DNA from: Felis catus
Lineage: Eukaryota
DNA length: 64,000 nucleotides
Direction: 5' to 3'
NCBI RefSeq assembly: GCF_018350175.1
Contig: NC_058373.1
Coordinates: 114,206,001 to 114,270,000, forward strand
Part shown: in pieces, positions 1 through 10,855 of the stretch
Layout: each line of letters begins with the position of its first letter
Numbering within the stretch: the stretch's first letter is position 1
Notes under the pieces: model-generated
Told to the model about the DNA's origin: nothing
What the model saw: only the letters and a program-made list of their open reading frames with translations
Database searches by the model: none
Translations under genes and position numbers: made by a program

Positions 1-215
1 TCACAGAGATGTAGGCTCCCACCAGAAGAGGCTGGAGGAGGGACCTCTTAACTTGGCACTTGAGCTTCTCAGACAGTGAACCAAAGCAGCTCAGAGGTCT
101 TTCATTCCTAGAGGACAAAGACTTAAGCAGGTCCACTAGATCAAAGGCATAGCACCATCCTGGCCTTCATTTTGATAGAGTTCTGGGAGATACACTGCAG
201 CTTTGTGTTTGGGGG

Positions 216-401
216 TAGCATTGCCAGATTTTGCAAATAGAGAGCACAATTTATGTTTGAATTTCAGATAAACCGTGAATTTTTTTTTAGTGTAAGTATG
301 TTCCATAAAATATTTGGGACACACTTATGCTGAGAAATTATTCCTTGTTTGTCTGAAATCCCAGTTGCATTGGGTTTTATGTATTTTATCCGGCAATGCT
401 A
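216..401. mobile_element. MER53-like palindromic non-autonomous DNA transposon (MITE)
   Basis: Terminal inverted repeats TAGCATTGCC...GGCAATGCTA. The body is an imperfect palindrome (TTTCAGATAAAC / GTTTGTCTGAAA; TAAGTATGTTCCA / TGGGACACACTTA) matching the remembered MER53 layout. Confidence 0.85.
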
Positions 402-742
402 TTTGCATGATTTCTAAATACATCAGCAACTCCCAAATCACCTAGATAGAACTGGGCTTGCTGTGTGGGGCACAAATTCCTGTTCCCCACAGATGTCCTT
501 TCCATATGGGCTGGTCGAGCCCACTGCCAGAGCACCCCAGAAAAGAAAACTCAAGGGAGCAAATGCTCATGGCTGCTACAGGTGGCACATGCCTCCACAG
601 TCAAGGGCACAGAGATCTGCAAAGAGCCTTTTCAAGACCATCTGCCCAGGAAGAGAGGGCAGAAGAGGTCTGGGAGTGGTAGCAACAGGGATTGGAGACT
701 GGGGAGAAGGAAAGGGCCCAGCAGGGCAAGCATGGAGATTTA

Positions 743-939
743 TTTTTTTTTAATTAAAAAAAATTTATTTATTTTTGAGTGTGTGTGGGGGTGGGGAGGG
801 GCTAGAGGGAGACAGAAGATCCAAAGCGGGCTCTGCACTGACAACAGAGAGCCTGATGCAGGGCTCAAACTCACGAACCGTGAGATCATGATCTGAGCCG
901 AAGTCAGACACTTAACCAACTGAGCCACCCAGGTACCTC
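743..939 (-). mobile_element. Can-SINE (tRNA-derived carnivore SINE)
   Basis: Reverse strand begins GAGGTACCTGGGTGGCTCAG and ends in an AT-rich tail. TSD AGCATGGAG(A/C)TTTA at about 729-742 and 942-955. Confidence 0.93.
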
Positions 940-1289
940 ATAGCATGGAGCTTTAAAGGGGGCTTTTGATATGTACCATCCCAGGAGGCACTGATTTCCT
1001 CCAGAGCAGCCACTTAAGCTACCCTTCTGAGGCCTCTGCTGGCTCCCACTGTCCCAAGACAAAACAGGGCCTGGTCTCCAGGATCCTCTCATTTCCCCTT
1101 TTGATATATCCCCTCTTCTTCCTCAGTTTCAGTCTTCTGGAAGACAGTGAACACGGACACCTTATGGGCAGCCCTGGACATGATGGAGGCCATGTCAGGG
1201 AGGCCTCACGACTTGGCACCATATCTTCACCTCCTACTCAAAGACCAGCTATGGTCTGGCTGGGGTGTAGTTATTAGCACATGTTAGTC

Positions 1290-1465
1290 TTATAGGATTC
1301 AAACCCCATCCCTGCCTTGTTTTAGCTGTGAGACTTTGGAATACTTAGCACTCTGCCCCACGGTTTCCTCATCGGCAAATGGAGACTCTTGTCAGGACGA
1401 AATGAGTTAATACATGGGAAGCACTTAAAACAGTGACCAGCATGGAGAAAACCCTGCTATATGTG
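1290..1465 (+). mobile_element. MIR SINE
   Basis: MIR core-like GGTTTCCTCATCGGCAAATGG followed by AAATGAGTTAATACATG...AGCACTTAAAACAGTG. Confidence 0.75.
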
Positions 1466-2604
1466 TGGGTTGTTTCCTGCCCCTGCAGCTCCACTGGACA
1501 ACCCCCTCAGTCACCTCAGTGACTTAGTTCTCATCCTCTTGAGCCCTCTGCCATCCCAGACACATGCCTTCCACTGCCTTCCCTCACAGCATTCATGAGG
1601 CCATGCCTTCTCATGGTTTCCATGATGCTATGCTCTTCCACATTTCTTCTCCCCTCTTTGACATCGCTGCTTCCTTCTCACTATCATTCCCGTCTCTTGG
1701 TGCCTTCCAACTAGGCCCATTTCTTGAAGGTTCTTTCTAGGCATGGCTCTGTTCTCCACTCTGTATCCTTTTCCCTTGGAAATCTCAGGTAGCAGACAGG
1801 AAGGCCATGAGGGTCTAGACTTGGATATACTCAGACTATGTCTATGAGGGACACAAGCGAGTGTATCTAAGTGGTCACCTCTGGAAAAGGGCAGCTGGGG
1901 CTCAGAAGCTTCTGCTTTTCATTTTCTACCCTTTTGTAGGGTATGTGATCTTTCCCATGAGCATTAATCATTTCTATACTAGTAATTGCAATGACAATGT
2001 GGTTTTGAAGGAGAAGGTATGGGTCACTTCTCACCAGATCCTCAGGCCCTTCTTTGTCAAGCAGTCTAACTTTAAGATGGGGTGGGGAGCATATTCTTAG
2101 TATTACCATCAGTCTGACAGAGGCACGGAGTAGAGACCCGGAAGTGACTGGGAGGCTTTGGCACCTATAAAGAAATTTCAGGACTCACTGATGGTGGCAA
2201 AGGATGTAGGTGGGGAGCAGGCATTTTGGGTGGCCAAGGAGGTCTTGCGGGTTCCCTCAAAATCACATGGGGGCCCACTCTGCTTTCCTGTGAGGCAGGC
2301 CCTGCCCACTCACACAGGATCCCTAGCCTCGTGGATAAAGGCCAACAAAACACACTTGGGAGAGCGTAGGGCTCTCTGCAGGTCTAGACTCTGTGTTGCT
2401 GTGCTCCTGGAACTGGCTGCAGGGCAGGGGGTGATTTGCCAAGGTCTTGGGTCCATTGGGTTTTCCCATCAAGCTTGCTTAGGACACCTGTAGGCCTGCC
2501 AGGAGGGCATGAGCTCTTCAGGGACCAAGTGACTCTTAGTGTCATTTAAGTCAGAGGACAGGCTGTAAAGCAGGTTAGGACATGTAGATACCCACCACCC
2601 CTAG

Positions 2605-3160
2605 CATTTGGGGGTCCAGGTAAGAGTACAGTGGAGGCCAGCTTCTATATGTCTAAATATTTGAAAGTTGCAAATTAAGCTAACAAACTATTAAATATAA
2701 TATACTGCCATCTCTCAAGGTGATAAATACGCCTTCATGACATCCTGAAGGTGAAATTTGAATTTAGAATTGGTGGACTCCTTGGAGTTTCACACTAGAA
2801 TGTGATGGCCTGTGGAGAGCCAGCTCTGGGCTGGCTTCATACCCCAGCTCCATCTGGCACTAGGAAGCACCTTGAGCACACATGTGTGACCCCCAGCCCA
2901 CATATCCAAGCTCCACATCTACATACCTCCCAAAAGCCACCCCTTGGTCACCCCATGAGGTCCACAAGTACGCACAGCAGTGGCACACTCCACCCTGGCT
3001 GGCAGGACTGACTTAGGTTCAAGCCCTGCACTGGCATTGAGGTAAAGCTCAGGGAACTGGGGAGGGGACTCCAGGAGCCCAGTGCCTAAAACAAGGTCCA
3101 GCAGCAGGGCATTGTGGCTCTTGGGGAAATGGCCCTGTAACCTGTGAACACCTGGCCCAT
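2605..3160. mobile_element. hAT-Tip100-type DNA transposon remnant (MER115-like)
   Basis: ATATGTCTAAATATTTGAAAGTTGCAAATTAAGCTAACAAAC...GAATTTAGAATTGGTGGACTCCTTGGAGTTTC resembles the remembered MER115 consensus. Boundaries approximate. Confidence 0.5.
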
Positions 3161-4137
3161 AGCTGTTGGGCCGTAGTTAGAGGAGAGCCAGAGCAGACAC
3201 TTACTGTGTTAGCCACTCTCGTCACTGGGCTGAGGCAAGTGCCTAGTGGGAGTGAGGGAGGCCAGTGAAAACTAGAAGGAGGAGCACCAGAGGTTTCCTA
3301 GAAGTGCCCTCAGGATGCCCAGGCGCCTCCCTGTCCCCAGCTAGGCCTCTGCCCGACACCTCGTGCCTCGGCGTCATTCAGGTATCACTGTCTCACACTC
3401 CTGACACAGTGGGAGCTTGTGTTCCTCCTCTCACACTCCCCGACTCTAATCCCTGCCAGCCTGTGCCACTTGGCTGGCTTCCTTGGCAGAAAGGTGACAA
3501 AAGGACTGTCTCTGGGGAGTCAGAGCCCTCAGCCAGACCTTGAAGCTTCCTTGAGGCCATAGGAGCTGGTGGCCTAGGGTTCTGACCTCCGGTTAACTGA
3601 CCTGGTTTCCTCCCACCTCTCACTGCTGGGTGTTGATGGGAGTCACTCAAAGCAGGTCCACTGATCTCCAGAGAAGCAGGCGCCATCCCACTGCCTCCAG
3701 CAAGCCTCTGTCTCCCTCCACTCAGCTCCTCCTCCATGTTCTGGCCCAGCCTTCTCTGCTGACCCTTACCTTCCCGTGTTTCCCGACACCTACCTTGACT
3801 CCAACCAGCTCACCTCCTCCCCTGGGCTCCTCCCCTGCTCCCAACATCTGCTCATCTACCACCGCCTCCCCTCCCATTCAACTCTCTGCTTATTTCTGTC
3901 CAAATCCTTTTCATCCTCAAAATATACTTGAGGCTCCACCCCCATGAAAGTTTCCCAATACCTTCTGTTCATCGTTCCCTTGCTTTCTTACTTGTATTAG
4001 TTATCACCTGGACCCCACATTTGGTGAAATGAATTATATTCATGGTAGTACTTTATATCATATGACATTGTTATCCTTTCCTTGTTATATAAAGATCATA
4101 GGACTAGAAAATGTCTTAAAGACCACCTAGTCCAACC

Positions 4138-4188
4138 TTTGTTTTGTTTTGTTTTGTTTTGTGTTTTGTGTTTTGTGTTTTGTATTTT
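4138..4188. repeat. (TTTTG)n/(TTTTGTG)n simple repeat
   Basis: Directly visible. Confidence 0.85.
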
Positions 4189-5170
4189 AAGTTAAAACCA
4201 AGGGAGAGAAAGGTTTTATAACATAGCCAGGCTGAATCTGCTGGAATTACACTCGACCCTCTCGAACCAAACTGGGACTTGCCCACAATTCCCTGCTGCC
4301 TCTCTACATGGAAGTCTGTGTCACCCGCAGGATGGGGCAGTCACGAAAGACAATCACAGGATATACTCATCTACTGACAAATGGTGCCTCCCTGTTGACT
4401 GGCAGGACAGAGTCCAGAGCTCCAGCCCACCTCTGTATACCTTATGTTTTTCAAGTTCTTTGCTATCCACTTTACTAACCACCTGGAAAGGAGTGATGGT
4501 CAGAAGTCACCCAGATTCTCTCAGGCCAGCCCCAATTCCCTGCTGTCTCCCCTTTTCTCCAGACAGAACCAGCCTAATTCCTGCTCCACCATGGCCGGGG
4601 CCAGCTCCTCCTGCTACCAATCCCCATAATCCCTTGCATTTTCATTTTTGGAAGCCCAGCTTCACATCTTCTGACTTTCCCAGGGGCTGAGTAAGCAGCC
4701 AGGCAGTAACTGAGTGGAGGGTCTAGGTTGGAGCCCCACTTTCACAGAGGGTGGGAGCAAGCAGAAAACAGATCGGGGACAGAAGAGAGCAGGGAGTGGC
4801 TAGGGACAGGGTGACCTGCCCAAAACAAGGCCGCTAAACTCCAAGTAAATTCCCCGAGTCAAAATCCGCCAGAATAGGGCAGAGTAAACATTTTTCTTTT
4901 CTCCCTCTCGCTCTGGTTGCCCTGCTCCCTGCAAGGAAGAAAACTAGAATAATGAGCCACATTGGAGACTGTCACCCGAGCAGCTCCGGAAGGACGTGGG
5001 CAGACGCCTGGCTGGGCGGCTGACTTTCTCTGTTTCTGGTTGAGATTTTATAAATATTCTGGGAGTTTGATCTGAGGCTGGTGGTAGGGAGGCGAGGGGA
5101 GCAGCAGAGGGGGTAGATAACTCAACCCATGGGGGTTCTTGGACCTCTCCCAGGCCTGCTTTTCATTAGC

Positions 5171-5184
5171 GTTGCCAAGGCAAC
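5171..5184. promoter_or_regulatory. RFX X-box motif GTTGCCAAGGCAAC
   Basis: 13/14 match to the palindromic RFX consensus GTTGCCATGGCAAC, in repeat-poor sequence. Confidence 0.5.
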
Positions 5185-6989
5185 TGCTCGTCCGCTGCAG
5201 ACCCCATCACGCCTTGCAAGGCATCCACAGCACATTAGGCGTTTCCTTTAATGGTGAATCTGCTGCAATCAGTCCTCCTCCCAACCCCCATCCCTCAGCC
5301 CCATCACCTCCTAGCCCGAGGAAGAGAAGATAATTAAGAGGGAGAAAAGCTATGATCCCCACTCTCTAAGGCTGGTGTGGAGGGACAGAGCCATAGTTGT
5401 CCCATTCCAAGGGCTGCCATTTGCATAGGACAGTTGGAGTTTGGGTGGTAACAAGCCCCTGGTAACCAGACCGTTGCAGCAGCCACTTCCAGCCCCTCCT
5501 CTGCTTGCCCGGGCTGACCCGACCTTTCCCCTCCACACACACCTTTATTCTTGACCAACACAAACATTTGCAGAGTTCTCAAGGAACGACCTCACCAGTC
5601 ATCATGCTGAAAAGTTCCAGATGCCCGCTGGTGCACAAGCCCATATGTGTCTTTGGTTTTCACCAAGGTGTCCAGTGGATTCTAAAAGGGTGGTGTCAGG
5701 GGAGGTGGAAGCTGGCCAGAGGAGACAAGAAGACCCATGTTTGCAAGGCTGTGAGAGTGGGCAAGTGGACTGGAAGAGGTGACGGTTTTCCCTTGGAGAA
5801 AGGAAAGCCAGGTTGCGTGCCTGGGCGACCAGGTAGAGAATATGCACCCAGAGCCTATAACCCCACTGCTGCAGACACACCTCTCCTCTTCACTGACTAC
5901 ATGGAACTCCAGTGATCTGTTTAAAAATCGGCTCCCTCTGGCTGTGAGCTCCCTTGGGGCCACAGCTAGGGAATCTGGGTCTCCGTTCCCTGTAGCGTCA
6001 GCTGGGCACCTGCCCTAGGAGGCCCTCAGTAATGTCTGTCGAAAGACCAGAAAGAAGGAGTGTTGTCAGGGGGGGCCAAAGGGGCTGGGTTTCCTGGGTT
6101 ATCTTTCGAGCCTGTCTTTGTGCTCTGGAGCAAACCTGAGCCAGAGCCTCTCCCAGCCCCTCCTTTCTGTGGAATGCAGGTCACCCCAGCCTTCCTGAAA
6201 GATCTGTACTCAGAACCCTTGAGCCAGCCCGGAGGTAGCTGCAACAAAAAAGCCAGAGAAGACCCTCCCCCAACTACAAATGGAGCAGAACCAGGATCCC
6301 CAGTCATCTGGGCTCAGACAAAAACAGCTTCTGCCTTCTTGGTTTTTCTGCCTTTTCCCACCATGATTGGCCCTGGAGGAGCAAACCTGAGTTCCTCCAC
6401 TGGTTTGAACAGGAAATTCCTGTCAGCTCGTGGGAGAGGCCAACCAAAGGGAGATTTCATCACATAGATTCTCCCCTCCCCACCCCAACCCTGAGATACA
6501 GAATCGTATCAAAGTCTTATCCCAGCCCCCTCGGGAGCCCCGTCCCGACATCCGCTCCTGTGCCTCACTGAGGCAGTGCAGGCAGCCTTCCTTCCCCGCA
6601 GCTGGGGTGAGGTTCTTCTGCTCAGCCCGGTAATGGGGACGAGTGAAATGATTAACAGTAATTAGGTGCATAGCTTTAGCTGACTGGGTTGCACGGGTGG
6701 TTTTTCCATCTGCTCTAGTGGCGAAGCCCCATCGAGGCAGAGAAGTGGCCGCCCCAATGGCATGGATAGCATGGGTTGAGAAAGGCTGCGGGGCATAGAT
6801 CCTTGTTCCTCAAACGCGGTCCTGAGGCCTGCACATGGCCATCACCATGCGGACGCCAACCTCAGACCTCTTCTTTAGCAGGGAATACGTTTGAACAAGA
6901 CAACCAGGTAACTGGAGGCACACAGGAGGGCGAGAGGCACACTGGAGGGAAGAATATCCCCGTGCTTGCGTCTCTGACCTCATGGATTT

Positions 6990-7135
6990 TAATTCCAGCT
7001 CTGTCACTCAGTAAGAGGAAACCAAAGCTCAGAGAGGGTGCTCAGTGTGCCCAGCGTCACACTCTTACTGAGTGTGACGCTGGGCACACTGAGCACCCTC
7101 TCTGAGCTTTGGTTTCCTCACCTGTAAAGCAGAGG
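6990..7135 (+). mobile_element. MIR fragment containing an inverted duplication
   Basis: CCAGCTCTGTCACT...GTGTGACGCTGGGCA...CTCTCTGAGCTTTGGTTTCCTCACCTGTAAA follows the MIR core. Confidence 0.7.
7015..7119. repeat. Perfect 50-bp inverted repeat, 5-nt loop (TTACT)
   Basis: 7015-7064 is the exact reverse complement of 7070-7119 (checked base by base). Confidence 0.98.
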
Positions 7136-7869
7136 CACCAGTAGGCTCCGACCTAGGAAATGTTAGCACAGGGTTGATTGCTCAGGGGACATTAATATCA
7201 TTTGCTTCCCCCAAATCAGCTACCCCAGAGATGAGGCTTCAGCCGGCCGTCTTGCTATTTCACTTATGTATCTTCCGGGAGGACTTATGGACCCCTGACT
7301 GTGAACCCCCAAACCAACAGCTGTAGCCTTTCATCACCAGTTCCTCCCACTTCCCCCCACCCCATGTGAAAGGAGGACGGTGAGCTGCCCTCCGCCGCGG
7401 GATGAGGTGGGTGAAGGAACTGAGCGAATGCAGACAGGCAGGGCCAGGCTGTCAGGAGGGACTTGGAGGCAGAGGAGACGCACACAGCATCTGACTTCGG
7501 GAATGGCGTCTTACACATGGCACTTTGACTGTTTCCCACAAGCAAGTAGAAGAGAGTCTGGATTTCATTTCTTTTACCATCTCTGCATTTCCTTGAGAGA
7601 CGATGCGGCTCTGTCCTTGTGGGGGAGGAGCCCTGACCGACTTCCCTTTGTTCTGTGTTGATGTGTTCTCGGCCACAGCTCCCTCTGCTTCGCCGGGCTA
7701 AGGTGACAGAGCGCTGGGACGCACAAGCCACAGGGGCCTGTTGGGGCCGTGAGGTCTCCACCAAGCCTGGGCTCATTTTGCACAGCTCCTTTCCCAGCTG
7801 TACTTGGCCGATGCTACTTTTCAAATTCGTTTTGGTGGACTGTGAGAGGGTGTTCCTTGAAATGTGCTC

Positions 7870-8075
7870 ACTGGTTACCTGGTCGGCTGGGCGACTTGTC
7901 TAACCTCGCTGAGCCTCAGTTTCCTCCTAGGATGGCAATTCTGAAGACACCATGCAAGTCTGTACCCATCCCAGGGACCCAGGGATGACGGGGTGGCTAG
8001 AGGATTAAGTGAGATGACGCTTATAGGGAACGTGGTACAGAGAGAGCTATATGGTCACTACATGTTAGCTGTCGT
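7870..8075 (+). mobile_element. MIR SINE
   Basis: TAACCTCGCTGAGCCTCAGTTTCCTC and GAGGATTAAGTGAGATG motifs. Confidence 0.7.
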
Positions 8076-8703
8076 TCTTGTAGTTGTTGGAAGAGGTGAG
8101 ACTTAGACAGCTGGCCTAGGCGGAAAATCACAAATAAGAAAGTGGCCTCCTCATTTGCAAACAGCAAGCACAGCCTCCCCGTTCCTGTGCAGGTCAGCAA
8201 CTGCCCCTCTCCTCCCCCACCTTCATTTTTTCTTTTTTAGCTGTGGGAGTTGACACATGTAGCTCACTAGGCTACCCCAGTGAGTTTAAAGCTTTCAATA
8301 AATACATGCTCAAAACTGCTCCTGACCTGGGTATGCCTCTCCTCCCCTCCCTCTTTCTTCCTCTCCTGGTGGAAGCCAGACCCAGGCAGAGCCCTGGAGA
8401 AGGTATCTCCTCTGCGAGTATGCTGGTCCCAGGGGCCCAGCGTGGGGCGGACGAGGATCGTCCGGAGCCAGCACAGACTCTCCTCTTCCTGGGTTTGTTA
8501 GAAGCCTGACCAGGCCCGAGTCTTATGACTTCAACAGATGTTTCTGCTTAAGCAGCCCTGGCATCTTTATGGCCTGTTTTTTCCATTCTTGCTTCTCTTC
8601 CTCTGTCCCAGCAGCCCTGAACGCAATTTGGACTTCATTTTCTTTCTAATGGTTACGGGGATAGAAAGGACTTTTTTTCCCCCTTTTTCTTTAGCTCTTC
8701 AAA

Positions 8704-8704
<1 letters not shown>

Positions 8705-8739
<35 letters not shown>
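8705..8739. repeat. (CA)n microsatellite
   Basis: Directly visible. Confidence 0.95.
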
Positions 8740-8741
<2 letters not shown>

Positions 8742-10753
8742 CAGATGCATTCAGATCTGTGCTCATGGTGTATATTTGTTAATGGCTCTAACAGTTATTT
8801 CACTTCGTCCCATTTCAAAGCCTCCTTCCCTGCTTCCTCCCTCACCTCACGTTCATCCCCTGCTTGTCCCCACCCAGGTCACCCCAGGACAACTGATTGG
8901 TGTGTCCTCCCAGATGCTGATTCTGAAAGCTCATGCCAGCCTCGGTCTCGGGCCCATTTCTCCAGTGGGCCTCGCTGTATGTGTCAGGCTCTGTGGGCTG
9001 GGGAAGGTTTGGGCTAGGTGATAGAGTGAGAGTTAAGGCTCCCATGGCTATGTATCTCTTCAAACTCCCTTGGCCAGCCAGTCCATGAAGACCCAGGTGG
9101 GGCCAAGTTGACAGTTATTACGAAACGAAACCAGTCTTCCACGGGTAGGTCACAAGCTTGAAACCAGCCTGGCCACTCCTCACATCAAGACCTGTAATCC
9201 CACCCAGCCGGCCTGAATAGCGGGGTATTCACGTTCATCTGCCTTCAGGGTTTGGGATCACCTGTCTCAGAGTCTGGTTCCCACAGCAAAGAAAGCCCGG
9301 AGACCTCAGGTCCTCATTTCAGGGCCTGTGAATGTCAAAGGCACCTGGGGTCCAGGTCCCCTTATTGCCTCCCAAGACTGAGAAATGGGCCTAGATTTCT
9401 CCTCTGTGGTCCCACTGGGTATATAGACAGACCCACCTGGAGTCTTCAATGTTAGCACCACCTGCTGCCTTACCTGACATCAGCCTTTGATGGGCCATCC
9501 AATCTTAATTTCTCCATGTCTCTGCAACATTTCTACCTAAGAGGTTAGTGATACACTCATACACTCACCTCTCAGGGTATGGTCATAACTGAGCTAACCA
9601 TCGACTACTACAGACTACTGGGAGCCATTCTGATACTGACCATGGGGGAAGGTGGAGGCTTCAGAATGTCCCACGTCCAACATTCTCAACACAGAGGGGC
9701 CTTTCCAGAGGAACAGTAGGAGGATGGCTGAGCTAAACCCCATCAAGTCCTCATTAGATGACTGCCCCCACCTGAGAAGGGCCGGGCAGCCACTGCCCCC
9801 ACCTCTACCCATCATAGTAGTGTTGCCATATACATCTCATCTGTGACCCTTCTTCCTCTTTCCTATTAAGACAAGTTAAACTCTGGTTCTTGTTTGTGTT
9901 TAGAAGTTGAGTCACAGCACTGTCCTTTCAGTGGGTTAGGGGAGGCTGCCTGGAGAGTCAATGATGGAATCAACTTAGGCTCCAATAGCAGGATGACACA
10001 TGAGAGGGTGGTGGGGAATGGAGGTAAGAAGAAGGCATGAAAGTAGGAGGGGGACAATGACAGTCCTGCACACCAAGGTCTGCTGGGGAAGCTGTGTGTA
10101 CTGAACAGCGGCCACACTCCTCTAGCTGAGTCTCTCAACCCTGACCCTGGGGATGTGGAAGTAATTGGCCAGCCACTCAGATGCCCAACACAGTTCTCCT
10201 GTCACTAGTGGATCCCCCTGGAGAAATGGTGCCCTGGGAAACTGCCTGCCTCCCTAGGACTGACTATGTGGAGCTGGGCACAGACACAGGCAGCAAGTGA
10301 CTTGCAGATGGTCTAAGAGAAGCTTACTCTCCCTGTCTTCTGAAGGTCTCATTTCCTGAGAGACCTGGCCAAACCCTTCCTTCCAAATGGCTGGGATGTT
10401 GTGTCCCCTCAGTACCAGGAGTGAGGAAACAGATGCTTTCCAGGACTTCAAGAACCAACCAAAAACCAGTGAGATAAGATAGTTTTATTGTCCCAGTGCA
10501 CACTTTTAAAAAGGAGTCATGACTTGGAGGGGTTTTTCAGCAGTTTTGATGATCTGTTTATAGTTTTTTGTGTTTGCTTAATTTATATTTAGCATGAAGA
10601 CTAAGTTTATGTGACTAAATATCCATCATGCAAGAACATTGAAATGCAATAAAGATGTAGCCCTGCTTTCCTGGGCTGACAGGGGAATGGCAAAATCCTA
10701 GAGGCCTTAATGGCACCATAATTGCGAGGGCAAGGTGTAGTGGGGTGTGTGTC

Positions 10754-10791
10754 CATGCGTGCGCGCACGTGTGTGTGTGTGTGTGTGTGTG
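10754..10791. repeat. Alternating purine/pyrimidine tract (GCGCGC plus (GT)n), Z-DNA-prone
   Basis: CATGCGTGCGCGCACGTGTGT... is uninterrupted alternation. Confidence 0.85.
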
Positions 10792-10855
10792 GTGTGTTCA
10801 AGGAAAGGGAGAGAGAAGTGAAGAGGTGTTTCTTGAATATCAAAGGGAGGAATCT

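Noticed and set aside
150..159. TAGCACCATC resembles the 5' end of miR-29
   Set aside because: The match stops after 10 nt and there is no precursor hairpin.
6060..6467. 135-aa Pro-rich ORF
   Set aside because: Non-ATG start, no recognisable family, no clear splice boundaries; expected by chance in GC-rich DNA.
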